Shown piece after piece: positions 29,701-43,469 of a DNA stretch of 64,000 nucleotides (positions within the stretch are counted from its first letter, which is position 1; every line of letters starts with the position of its first letter). The stretch lies in assembly GCF_009914755.1 (NCBI RefSeq), contig NC_060944.1. One strand, 5' to 3'. Under the pieces are notes generated by a model, which ran no database searches, was not told the DNA's origin, and worked only from the letters and a program-made list of their open reading frames with translations. The position numbers were made by a program, and so were the translations under genes. The stretch comes from the human T2T-CHM13v2.0 reference genome, Homo sapiens.

Positions 29701-30242
29701 TAAAAATGAGTAAGGTTTGGCCAGTGCACAATGAGGAAGTCTTTCCATCAGAGGGAATGGCTAGAGTGAAGGCAGATATCCTGAAAAAAGCAAGCACCGT
29801 GGGGGAGCTGCAAGGGTCTCCTGTCCTGGGAAAACAGAGTGTGAGGGGAACAGCGATGGGAGGGGAGACAGAGGAGGCAGCAGCGGGGGTTTCATTTCAG
29901 AAGGCTCTCCATGCCCTGTGAAGCCATGAAGACTCAAGGAATCATGCTGGGCTCTGCAGGGCAGCCTAATACAGTGTTTCTTTTCTGGGACAGTGGAAAG
30001 GTGCTTTATTATGATGTAACCAAAATTCATGCCTACACAGCTAACTTATGTCAAGTGAGATAAACTTTTAATATAAGACGTGAGATATGGAGCTGTGATC
30101 AGATTTGGCTTCAAATCTTAGCTCCATCACCTAGCAAGTCAATTGATCTCTCTTAGCTTTGGTTTCCTTAGCAAAATGGAGCCAATACTATATGGCATGA
30201 GAGGATTAAATGAGAAAACATAGGTGTGAAAAGTGCTAGGAC

Positions 30243-31720
30243 ATTAAGAAATGAGAGGATAAGCCACAGACTGGGAGGAAATATTTGCCAAACACGTATC
30301 TCAGAAAGGACTTGTATCAAAAATACACAACAAACTCTTAAAACTCAGTAAGAAAGCAAATGACCTGATTAAAAAATGGGAGAAAGATCTGAACAGACAC
30401 CTAATCAAGGAAGATATACAGATGGCAAATAAGCACATGAAAAGATGTTTAACATCATGTGTTATTAAGAAATTGCAAATTAAAACAAGATACCACTACA
30501 TACATATTAGGATGGCCAAAATCCAAAACACTGACACCACCACAGGCTGGGGAGGATGTGGCACAGCAAGACCTGTCATTCATTGCTGGTGGGAATGCAA
30601 AATGGTACAGCCACTTTGGAAGACAGTTTGACAGTTTCTTACAAGACTAAACATACACTTACCATACTATATCTAGCAATTGTACTTCTTGGTATTTACC
30701 CAAATGAGGTGAAAACTTATGTCCATAGGAAAACCTGCACATGGATGTTTATAGCAGCTTTACTTAAAACTGCAAAAACTTGGAGGCAACCAATATGTCC
30801 TTCAATAGGTGAATGGATAAACAAATTGTGGTGCAGACGGTCCCTCACTTGGGATGATTAGACTTAGGTTTTTTTGACTTTATGATAGTTCCAAAGCAAC
30901 ATGCATTCAGTAGAAACCTTAATTTGAGTACACATATAAACGTTCTGTTTTTAATTTTTGGTACAGTGTTCAATCAATTCCCTGACATATTCTACACTTT
31001 ATTATAAAATGTACTTTGTATTAGATGATTTTGCCCAACTAATCATCTAATATAAGTGTTCTGAGCATGTTTAACGTAGGCTAGGCTAAGCTATGATGTT
31101 TGTCAGGTTAGGTATATTAAATGCATTTTTGACTTATGATATTTTAAACTTATGGGTTTATGGGGATATAACCTCACTGTAAGTGAAGGAGCATTCATTC
31201 GATATCCATACAATGGCCTATGGTTCAGTGAGAAGCAGAAATGAGTTATCAAGCTGCAACAGACATGGAGGAAACTTAAATGCATATTTCTAAGTGAAAG
31301 AAGCCAATCTGAAAAGGCTACATACTGTACAATTCTGACTATATGACATTCTGGAAAAAGATAAAACTCTAGACACAGGAGAAAGATCAGTAGTTTCCAG
31401 GGGCTTGGGAGGAGGGAAGGATGAATAGGTGAAGCATAGAGGATGTTTAAGGCCGTGAAACTATTCTATACAATAGTGCAATAGTAGATATATGTCATTG
31501 TACATTTGTCAAATCCTATAGAACTGTACAACATAAAAAGCAAACCTGAATAAACTATGGACTTTAGCTAATAATAATAAATCAATATTAGCTAATTGTA
31601 ATGAATGTACCACACTAATGCAAGATGTTAATAATAGGGGAAACAGTATGTGGGTGGGAGGGAGTACATGGGAATGAGGTACTTTCTGCTCAACTTTTCT
31701 GTAAACCTAAAACTGCTCTA
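30243..31720 (+). mobile_element. Old L1 (L1MB/L1MC-like) ORF2 end and 3'UTR, interrupted by MER47A
   Basis: gactgggaggaaatatttgc...gatggcaaataagcacatgaaaagatg...gggaatgcaaaatggtacagccactttggaagacag. Degenerate ORF2-like peptides appear in the ORF track. Confidence 0.9.
30834..31196 (-). mobile_element. MER47A (Tigger-family MITE) nested in L1
   Basis: cagacggtccc...gtaggctaggctaagctatgatgtt...gtaagtgaaggagcat. L1 sequence resumes on both sides. Confidence 0.85.
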
Positions 31721-32490
31721 AAGAAAAATGCTAGGACAATGCCTGGTACACAGCAGGTGCTTAATAAATGATGGTTTTGGGGCTGAATGTGAGGCAGGCA
31801 GTGAGCTAATAGCAGAGATACTTAGAAACTTGGTGCTCTCCACTTGACCTCTGTACCAAATACAGATCCATCTATCTGCAGAGGCAAAGAACTATTGTGT
31901 GTGTTCACTAAAGGGTGGAATTCAGCTGTAGGTCCACCACAAAGGCACTGCAAGGAGTGGCAGTGTCCTCATGGTTTATTTATTCCTTTTGGGAGATGCT
32001 AATATTATTCTGTGTCCCCTTCTTCTTCTAACTTTATATAATTAGAAGGATAAAAAATTGTGTTTACCCACATGCACATGGAGAAAGATGGGGCGGCAGG
32101 CGATGTGAAGGCGTTTATACGAGGTAATTTACAAGCAGCCTAGAATGTTCATTATGCTCTATCTACATTTTGCAAGCTTGAAAAACAGCTAATTTGGTAC
32201 TCCTTGTTTGATATTCAAGACAAGGAGAGGAGTTAAGAAGAGTCATGTGGAGGAGAAGCAAACTCCTCAATGAGGCGAGGGGAAGGTGCAGCCTGGCTCC
32301 CCCGGCTCTCAGTTGAGGTGAGAGATGGGCAAGAGCTGGCTGTGGCGAGGAGGGAACTGGTGGCAGAAGGTAGAAGGGAGACATGGTACCAAGACACATA
32401 AATTCAAAGAGCTCCCTTTAACACAAGTCTAGGGGAACATCATCACTCAGTTTGCAATCAATCTGCTGTTCCTTGCTTGAGGTCAAAGAC

Positions 32491-32697
32491 CACTAGTATG
32501 CTGGTAAATGTTTAACATACAGCTCCCTGTGGGAAAAAAGGCCCTGATCAGTAATGTCTGCTGATTTCTGTGGTGTAAATACTCCCACCATGACCGATTT
32601 CAAGCTACCAACATAGCATCAACCACCTCACAAAATTCCTGAAAATTTAACAATCTGCTTTTGCAAGCTGGTATGAGTCAGCTACAGAACACCACTG
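32491..32697 (-). mobile_element. MER63A-like hAT-Blackjack element
   Basis: gctggtaaatgtttaaca...caaaattcctgaaaatttaacaatc...caccactg. Confidence 0.75.
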
Positions 32698-33234
32698 ACA
32701 GAGGACAAAGCCTAGCACACCCTGCAATGTCTTGCATGATCTGATGGTTTGGGACCTACTTCTCTCTCCAGCTTCACATACTGCTCTGATAACTGTGGTC
32801 TTCTTTCAGTTGCTCAAATGCACTGTGTTCACTCTGACCACAGGGCCTTTGCATGTTCAAAGAACACCTCCATCCAAGCTGGCAGTTGCGCCTGGATCCT
32901 GGGCTCCAATTCTTCCTCTCCTCATAGCTGACCCCTCACCACACCTGTAGACCCAGCCTATCCCTTCCAAAGACTGGCAGCCAATTCTTGCCTTTAGCAG
33001 AAGGGAGGTTATGGATTGGGTGGAGTCTGAAGGCAGACCTGAGGCTTGTCACACCCTAACCATATCACCTGGGGTAGGTTACCACCTCCCCTGAGCCTCT
33101 GTTTACCCAGCTATAACATCCAAATCATATATAGCTGTGCAGACTTGCTGCAAGGATTAAAAGATGTAAAATATGAACCCACCTGGTATGTTGTAAGAAA
33201 TTAACACAACTATATAAATTCAGTTTTGTTTTTA

Positions 33235-33400
33235 TTCTAGACCTGGGCCAATGGCATCAGCAGCACCTGGGAACTTGTTTGAAATGGAAATTCTTGGGCC
33301 CCAGCCCAGACTCACTGAATCAGAAACTGTGGGGTGGGGCCCATCAATATGCATTTCAATATGCCCTCCAGGTGATTCTGATACACGTTCAGGTTTGAGT
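33235..33400. mobile_element. MER5A-like MITE
   Basis: cagcagcacctgggaacttgtttgaaatggaaattcttgggccccagcccagactcactgaatcagaaact...ccaggtgattctgat. Confidence 0.8.
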
Positions 33401-34106
33401 ATACAGACCAATGTTTAGTGACTTAGTGCAGAGGTGCTCTGGTTATTCACTTCAATCTGTCTTGGGAAAGACCAGAAGATCTTACTGGAAATGGGCCATA
33501 AGACTAGAGACTCACCTTGTGCCAGGTGGTGGGATACGGAAATTTAGCTGTGTGAAAAGTGTAAGATGTTCCAGGCACTTATCAAATGCCATGGGGATGC
33601 CATGCCATTTGATTCTCACAGTAACCCTGTGAGGTCTATACCATCATCCCATTTCATGAATGAGAAATTCAAGGCTCCAAAAAGTTTAATAACTCAGGAG
33701 AAGGTATAGGGATGAGGGCTTCTTTATAGAGTTGTAGGGTCCTCACTCCTCCTGGAACGCTGAGATCCATGACCTCCATACCCTTCTATGCCACACTTCT
33801 CCAGCTTCCACTTTCCTCTAAGTTCTCAGTCTCCAACATTGGTCCTCATCCCACTAAGGTCTCATGGCCACCCGAGAGAGAGGGTTCACTTTCCTCTTTC
33901 ATACAGTTCTAACTCTCAGAACAAACCACAACTCCTTCTCCCTCCCTCCATCACCAAAGATAGCCCAGTAAACCTGTCATCTCAACCCACATCCACTTAA
34001 AGAGAGAATCACTTCAAAGAGGTGGGGCTGGGGAGAGAATATTATTTGGATACTTGATATTCTTTCTTCCTGTCTTCTGGGCACTACAGAGGGTAAAGAA
34101 CAGTGC

Positions 34107-34131
34107 TTTTTTTTTTTTTTTTTTTTTTTTT
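34107..34131. repeat. T25 mononucleotide run (A25 on the PTPRT sense strand)
   Basis: Direct count. Confidence 0.95.
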
Positions 34132-35894
34132 CAGAGAAAAGAGATTTGACTCATTACAATGAATTGTGGAGCTGAAAAACCATTTCCTACAAGTATTGGA
34201 AATGTTAATGCCATCATCTTGCAAAAGTGGATAAGGAGGAGGCAGGTAATTCTGCTGAGACTGCCTGGGTACCTCACTGAAGCTAAAGGTCTGCACATTC
34301 AATCTTGATTGAATTACCATTATCAAGAGAGGCTGGCTTGGGCATGATGCAGAGACAGCCCGACATTCTGTGTACCTCCTTGTCCTGCCAGATCCATGCT
34401 GGCTGAAATTGGAAAACGCCCCTTTGTGGGGTCCTGGGAGGAGCTGCTCCAGTAGATGCAACCTTTGAGGGGACTGAAGGGGACTGGAGTTGAGAGGGGC
34501 AAGCACCAAGAGAGGACCACCTGTGTCCTAAGGATGCCATCCAGGCACTGCCCCACTGAGGGGCCTTTCTGAAGGAAGGGAGGGAGGTTTCTTATTTGGA
34601 TTTCTTCAAAAGAAGAACATGAGATATGTATTTGGATGCAAGTAGTTGTTGTCGGGGGGTGATCCCAGGAAACACCAGCAGGGGAGTGGGAAGTGAGACA
34701 GAGAAAGAAGAAATCTAATAGGGGTGTGTCATTCAGCAAGTTGCCATTGTAGCAAGTTGAGGCTTAATTCGGCTGAGGAGCTCTGGGAGTCATTCTACCT
34801 AAGCAGAGAGGGAGCTGGGGTATGTATATACCCACTTCCATCAGTCATTAATTGAGGGCAGGTTCTGGGGACATTTAATATTCTGGCTCTTTGGGCCTGC
34901 CCTGCAAGAAGGCAGAGAAGGCTCTAGTGGCCAGAAAAAGTCCTTAGGAAAAGAAGCAAAGGTGCTGGCAATTTGAATTAGCACTAGCACACATGCAAGT
35001 AGTGAGTGTTTGGGGATATGGCAGGGTACCAATGGTTTCTGCACCACAAGGCATCTGTAGGACCCAGGCAATGGCCACCCTCAGAGACAGTGAAGAAGAA
35101 TGGAGGCTGAGAGTCAGGAGCATTGAATAAGGCACCCACTCTGTCACCCCCAGCTCTGTCTCCCCAGGAATCAGCAGAGAAACCTGCTGTGAAAAAAGTC
35201 CTCTGGGTTTTGTTTTGAACCTGAGTTCCTCACTAGGAGTGAGGGTCCTCTCTGCACTCCATAGCCCCACCTCCTTCTGGAAAAGATGGGCCTCTCTGAA
35301 GAGCTCATCTGCTCTGAGGTTGGGCCTTAGCAACACATTCTCCCCCAGGAACATGGATGTGACTTGATGCAGAGAGGACTCTTTGGTAAGGAATATGTGC
35401 CACCCTACCCTGGCAGGCAAGAGACCACAGCTCTGGTCATGGCTGTTCTACAGACTTGCTGTGTGCTCTCGGGCAGGGCACAGTCCATCTCTGGGCTCTC
35501 TCTTCTTGCCTGTGAACTCAAAAAGGCTACACTAACTCATCTAGACTTAAAAGTCTGTGACTTAAGGGGCCACACAAGATTCAGATTTAATAATCATTCA
35601 GCTTAATTTGGCCTCTCCATCCTGAGAGCTGCCCTAGAGCCATCTGATGGGTGAGAACCTGAAGGTGGGTGAGGTGAAGTGATTGTGCTGAAGGTAAACA
35701 ACAGAACTGGGATGAAAACCTGGGACTGCCTGACCTCATGTCTAAGACCCCAATACACCTGAGCCCAGTGGCTTTTCCTAGATTGGGAGAAGATAAGTCT
35801 CAGAAAATGTGCTGATATCCTGTGTGCCCGCAGACCCCCTCTCCACTTCATCTGGCCCTCTAATCCAGGAGGCTGATTGCTATGGCCAAGATTG

Positions 35895-36082
35895 GACATT
35901 CTCAAAGTTGCACATGCGTCACCATCACCTAGAGGGCTTCTAGAAATACAGATTGCTAGACTCTGTCCTCAGAATTTCTGATTCAGTAAGTCTGGGGTGG
36001 AGCCCAAGAATTAGCACCTCTAATGAGTTCCCAGGTAACACTAATGCCACTGCTGTAGGCATTATACTTTGAGAACCACTGG
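35895..36082. mobile_element. MER5A-like MITE
   Basis: ttctcaaagttg...ttctgattcagtaagtctggggtggagccc...ctttgagaaccactg. Confidence 0.8.
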
Positions 36083-39000
36083 ATTAGGTCAACAGATCTC
36101 CTGTTCTCTGGATTCTGGTTGGCCCCAGCCAATGGAAAGCACAGGCAGAAGATTGGGTGGAGGGAGGAGAGTGTGATGGAGGTACTTACTCCTCCAGCAC
36201 CCCTTGGTGGGGTCACCATGGGTGGCTGCCTTGCCACCAAAGGTCGCACCCACCTCTGGTCAGGTCATCTCTCTTTGGGTCCTGGTAACCCCTCCTACGG
36301 AATCCTTCCTGGTCTGAGGATGGAATTTTGGTACTGCACTATCCCTTGTAGTCTTTCTACATCTAGATTACACCTTTATAAAGAACTGATCCCAGAAGGG
36401 GGCCTCATTTTGTAACATTTGCAACCCCTGTGATCACTTCAGCTTCTCAGTGTCAGCACCTTCCTGCCAGTCTAGGAAGCACCTCTAAAACTTTACATGG
36501 AGAATGCTTTGGGATTCTTGAATTTCCCCTTGCCAACAGTCGCTGCCCTAGAGTTACTTGGAAGCAAAGGTCTCTTTGTTCTTATTTTACCCATTCATTT
36601 CCTTCCCTTTCACTTCCTTTCCATTTACACTCCCTAGAAACCCCACTGTCTCTATTACTAAATTCTAAATAGAATCACTTGGAAGAAAGGAGATATTTCG
36701 CCAAGGTCTCTTGTTGTTTCTTTTGTAGGCAGTGCCCTCCCTCCTACTTGTCCCCTTTAATCTTTTCTGTTCTCCCTGGCCTGGGCCTTTGTCCTCCACT
36801 CCAGCCTCACAGTGCTCTGGGTTCCTTAAGATGCTAATCACAGCCAGTTTTCTTCTTGCGCCAAGAATATTTCTATTTATCAAGCCTCGGCAGGCTTTGC
36901 CTTTGGGAGGGACGCATACAAGGGCAGGAACACTTTCCATTCCTTGGGGCTGTTTCTTTTTTACATATCCCATTTCAATTCCAGGTTGTTTTTTTTCCAT
37001 TTCCCTTTTTTTCTTGATTCTCCTTTATGTCTTGCGCTGCTTTCTGAATTCACTGGTTACCTCGGCACTGTCTTCTTTCAGCACTGAATGCAGACCTGCT
37101 CTTGCCCTGATCTCTTGCAGAATGATTGACTCTTAAATTAGAAAGGAGATTCTGGTTTATTTAAACCCATCAAGGTGGTATCGTCAAGGTGCTTCAGTTC
37201 TCTCTGTCTCCATTTGGGTTCCTCAGAAGTAGATCTAAGACAGAGATTTTAGTCCAAGCAGTTTATGTAGGAGGAGACAGGAATACCAGTAGGAAAGGGG
37301 TGATGTACGACAGGGAAGAGAAGGCAGCTTATTAAGGGTGAGTTTTCAAGCCCATTAGGACTGCAGGTAGCTGTATTCTCATCCCTGTGGGAACTCCAGA
37401 AGGAACTTCAGGAGAACGGTGAAGAAGCTGGGGTATTTCATGGTGGAGGGCTTCTCCTGGGGGTATTAACCCTTCAGGATTTGCAGGCTGCCTGTGCCTG
37501 GGCAGGGGATCCTTTCCCAGCTTTGGAGAAAGTCCTCAGTCTAAGAGATGCAGGCAGGGCAGGGCTAGGGTGAAGCAAGCTCAGAGTCTCAGGCATAGGC
37601 TTTATCAGATAAGTGACTATATATTTTAGGGTACAGTGTCCACAGTGCAGGAGCAGAGAATGCTGGGGACCAGACAGGGCAAGCAGCTCCCTGTGGCAGA
37701 GTGGGGGCTCCCCAGGAGCAGGAGCTCCACCTCCCAGTGCCCATCACAGGGCCTGCTTTGAGGAGGCCCACATGTCATAAGTCTTAATACATGTTTGCTG
37801 ACTGTTTGAATATCACTTCTCAACACTTCACTTGCAAGAAATCTTGCTGTCTGAATTACCATCTTCCAAGAGAGAAATTATAAATGTTTTCTGATTAGTT
37901 CTACCATTCATAGCCCATTCCTAAATCAGCACAGGAAACAGCTAAGCTAAAACTTCTGCCTTTTTCTTCCTTTACAATCTGCCTGTATCTTACTCTTTCT
38001 TCCTCCAAGTTTTTTCTTAGGCAATGTCTAGACAGTTAAAACAAAACAAAACAAAACAAAACTCTGAATTGTGCTAGAAATAATTTGTCATTCAGGATCC
38101 TTTTTTTTTTTCTTTTGGATGAACTGGGTTACTCTGTGAGCTGAGACCCAGGGATGTTCCCCACACCATTGGTGAGATGTCAAAAGGTCCAGGTTGGTTA
38201 CACTGAGTCAGACAAAGGCTGTTGTAGACTCCTGTTCTAATTAGAATACATGCTTAGCATTTTGCACGAGATAACTTTGTCTTCTCTGTATTTATTTTAC
38301 TTTGAAGGCTGTACCTACGAATATTTGGCAGTGACAATACTTGTGTGTTACCTATGCATGACATTCAGTTCTGTGGCAGTCTCTCTCTTCCTCACCCCCC
38401 AGAACTGAATACCATGCACCTGTCACACACAAGTTATTGTCACTGTTTGTTCAGGCCCCATCATCCCTTGGTGAGACTACTGCAGTAGTCTGCTGACTGA
38501 TCCCTCTGCTACCAGCCCTTCCCAATCAAGTATACCTTCCATATCTGCTGCCCTAGTGATCTTTCCAAAATGGACATCTGATCATGCCCACCTCTCCCCA
38601 ACCAACCTGCCTTATTCTATGTCCCCACAGGACATGTCCTGAGTACCCAGTGAATCCTGGTTAATAAAATAAGGTGGAATGATAGATCCATGCTGCTCAC
38701 CAGTGACCTCAAGCAAGTACCCCTGTGGCTAAGAGTAATGGTGCCAGGCACTGTAGCAAGAGTTTTATGTACCTTTAAATGCTCCTCCTATTATCCTCAT
38801 CATTGTAAAGGGGAGGAATCAAAAGTTTACAGAGGTCAAGTAACTTTCCCAGGGCCCTACAGTTGGGATAGAAACCTGGGCAGTTTGACTCCCGAGGGCG
38901 CTAACTACTCTGCACCGCTGACTTCATCAATGAGTCATTCACTGGGGGTGCCTACAGGAAAGGTAAAGCTCATTGTTGAGCAAAGGCAATGTCCTTCCTT

Positions 39001-39765
39001 AGCTCTGCGTAACATGCCTTCCCCTGCAGGCTCAGTACCTCCCGAGGTGCACTGATGCAGACCTGAGGGCAGGCCCTCACCTCAGAGCCCCTGCCCTACT
39101 ATAGTGGGGACAGGTAGAATCTGTGTTGCCCTAAACTCTGTCTCTCATACTATAGGAGTAGCCCCGGGCTCCTGTGAGGCCTGAGCTGGGCATACCCCAA
39201 GCCCCAGGTGTATGCCAGAGTTACTGGCTTCTTCTGAGCATCAGCCTTTACTTCCAAGCATCAGCCAGTGTGACTCCACCTTCTTGGAGGAGCATCATTC
39301 TCTTGCCCGGGTTCTCCTAGCCCCTCCCTCACAGGCTGGGGCCCATGCTCCTCACCCCAGGTTGCTGCCAAAGTCCTCCTTTGAATTAGAGGAGCTTCTG
39401 GGAACACAGAGCTCATCTCTTTATCCAGCTGTGGGGTCTTCCGCATGTCAGCCCTTTTGGCTGGGCTTCTTCCCCGACCTGAGGAATTGAGCAGGCAATG
39501 CTCGGTGAGACCCAGCCTTCAGAGGTTCTTCCCCAAGAGGCTTCATGGTTCTGCTCTGCCCTGACCCATCTCCCTGCCTGCTCCCTCTGGCTGAGATCAG
39601 CCATGCTCTGTCATCCAGTCTAGGGATGGCAGTAAGGCTGATATAAAGCTTCCATCTTGGCATGTAGATACAAAGCTAGAGACAGCAAAGATTATTTGAT
39701 AACAAATTCCAGGTAAATAATAGTAATAGCCTCTTTTCCCCTGCATCCTCAACACCTGAAGCTTA

Positions 39766-39876
<111 letters not shown>

Positions 39877-40423
39877 CTAAAAAGCAAGGACAGAGTGGTT
39901 AGAGTGGCCTGAGATAGGAGCTTTATGGAAGTGGAGATGAACCAACAGGGCAAAGTAAGACCCACTGCGATGGGACTCCTAGTGGAAAGGGATAGATGTC
40001 CTTGGATGGGGCCTGGGGAGGACATAGATTTTGTCTGTCCCTGGACCTATTCTCTTGTTCATTGTTTCAAATGTTATTGATGTCTTCTGTGTCATGAGTT
40101 CACAATCTAGCCCAGTGGGGGAATCGCTTGTCCATTCATTGAATTATTCATTCATACACTCAACAGATACTTACTGAGCCCCTAACATGGGCTGGGCACT
40201 GTTTTAGGTACTAGGGATATAGAGAAACAGACAAGTTCCCCTTGAGCTTCCAGTCAACTAGGAAATATAGTAAATGTGTAATAAAAGAGTAAATGTGTAA
40301 TTTTAGATATGAAAAATGCTATGATGAAAATAAAGCAGAATAAAGGGATAGTGATGAGGAATGAGAATTATTTCAGATTATACACTCTGGGAGGGCTTCT
40401 CCAAGAAGGTAACATTTTAGTTA

Positions 40424-40737
40424 CAGTAGTCCTCCCTTATCCTTGGAGGATTTGTTCAAAGACCCCCCAGTGGGGGGGCTCCTGAAACCATGGATATTAC
40501 CGAACCCTATACATACTATGTTTTTTCTTATACATACATACCTATGATAAAGTTCAATTTATAAATTAGGCATAGCAAGAGATTAAGAACAATAATAAAA
40601 TAGTATGACAACAATATACTACAAGTTATATAAATGCAGTCTTTCTCTCTCTCTCTAAATATCTTAATATTTTTTGACTGAGATTGACCTTGGGTAACTG
40701 AAACCATGAAAAACAAAACTGCAGATAAGGGGGACTT
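40424..40737 (-). mobile_element. MER44-like (Tigger-derived) MITE
   Basis: TIRs cagtagtcctcccttatc ... gataagggggact, preceded by a TA target. Confidence 0.8.
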
Positions 40738-41147
40738 CATTAATGATAGATACTATAATTCCTTCATGATACTGTAATTCCTTAATATGAAACAGCCAGT
40801 CACACCAAGAAAAGTAGAAAGTGCTTTTCAGGCAGAGGGAACAGCAGATGCAAAGATGGTCAGGCAGCAACCAAATGACCATATTCAAGGACTGGAGTGT
40901 TGTGAAGAGGGAAGTAGTGATGGAAGTATCTAGAGCGGATGGGGGAGTCCAGATTATATAAGACATTGCTATTACTGGTTAATGAACTGGGCATTATTCT
41001 AAGTGTGATGAAAAACCATCAGAGGGTTTTGGGCAGGGGAATCATCTGATTCATGTATTACAAAGTACAATCTGGCTCATGTATGGAACACAGGCTCTGG
41101 GAGGGGCATGGAGGAAGCAGGGAGATCTGCTAGAAAGTTGTGGCAGT

Positions 41148-41492
<345 letters not shown>

Positions 41493-43093
41493 TTAGACCG
41501 TGGTGGTGGACATATGAGAAGTGATTATTTGCAGGATGTTCAGTTGAATGTTGTTGACTTGGGTTGCCTCGGAAGCAGACTCAGAGATAACAAGTCAGGC
41601 ACAAGTAGTTTGTTTGGGAGGCACTCCCAGGGAGTTTGGGTGGGAGAATGTGGAAGTGGCACAATCAAGGGAATGAAGTCAATATAGAGCACATCAATGA
41701 GCAGGTTACCACTGTGGGCAACTGGGGCCTAATCCAATGGGCACATCTCATGCCTTAGAGTTATCCCACCATGGGGTTGGCACAAAGTTGGGGTAGTTAC
41801 TGATCAATTCGCATCCAGTATTGGTTGAGGACAACTCTTGGAAACTCCCCAGCATTTCTTCCATGCTCTGTGGGCAGAGTGTGCATATTCTTCTGTCTTG
41901 AAGAAGCCCTCAGGCAAAAAGTCACAGGTGCTTACAGGAGGAAGCCATAAGGTGGGCATGCGTGGGAACAGTGAGTGTAGAGTGGATGTGTGCAGGGCAC
42001 CATCTGCCATAGATCCTGACTGTGAAGGAAGGAGAGGAAAGAAGGCTGACCCTTAGATCATTAGTTTGAAGAACTGAGGGGGGAGAGATGTGATTTATTG
42101 AGATGGAGAAGCCTGGGTTAGAAACAGGATTGGGGAGGTAAGAATTAAGTGTTGTGTTTTGGGTACATAAAGTGCTTAGTAGAGTGCCTAGCATTGAATA
42201 CTGCACACTTTTTTAAAAACATGTTCAAAATAACAAAAATGGCAGCCACGTTGGAGATGTCCATTAGACATCCAAGCTGATGTTGAATAGGAAGTTGGAC
42301 ATGGACACCCAGAGCTTAGGGATAGGGAAGAGATAGAAGTCATCAATCAGTTTAAGAGGATGGCAACCACCGATAAGACAGACAAGTCAACAAACATGAG
42401 ACAATTTACAAGAGTTATGAGTCAAGTGGTATGGAAACACAGGGAAGGGTGCAGTCAGTTATTTCACAGACAGGGAGGACGGGCAGTTAAGGGAGTGGGA
42501 ACAGCTATAGAAAAGCTGCAGAAGCATGATTATCAGACCATGTTTTGATTACTCTCTCTACCCTAAATTTAGTAGAATAGGCTGAACATCCTGCTCATGC
42601 CCTTTCATTGCTTCTGAGACTGAATTTGTAACACCTTCAGTCTACACAGCTCTCTGTCAGCAGTGCAGGAGGAGAACCCACCATTCATTTTAATACACCA
42701 GCCTTGCCTTTGCCCATCTATTCCTTACTAGGTCTATCCTAAGCAAGGAGGAACCTGAACCAGGTTGATCAGAAATTCAGCCCCTCAATAAGCCCTGTTT
42801 TATTGGCAGGTTCTTAACAGGCCAGTGCTCATGCATGGTTCTACCTTTCTTGCATCTGGTCTCTCAAGTGTTAAGTCAACCTGGGTGAGTCTTTTCCTAG
42901 AGTTGGAGTTGGAATGCTTTTTCTGTAATGGGCAAACTAGAAAGAAGTTTGGGCTTTGTTAGTTGTGTAGTCTCTGTTGCAACAACTCATACTCAACTCT
43001 ACTGTTGTAGAGTGGAAACAGTCACATATAAAAATCAAACAAATGGTCATGGCTATGTTCAAATACATCTCTATTTACAAAAATAGGTGTTGG

Positions 43094-43469
<376 letters not shown>

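Noticed and set aside
30422-30861. ORFs resembling the C-terminus of a retroelement protein
   Set aside because: Decayed, frameshifted L1 ORF2 remnants rather than a gene.
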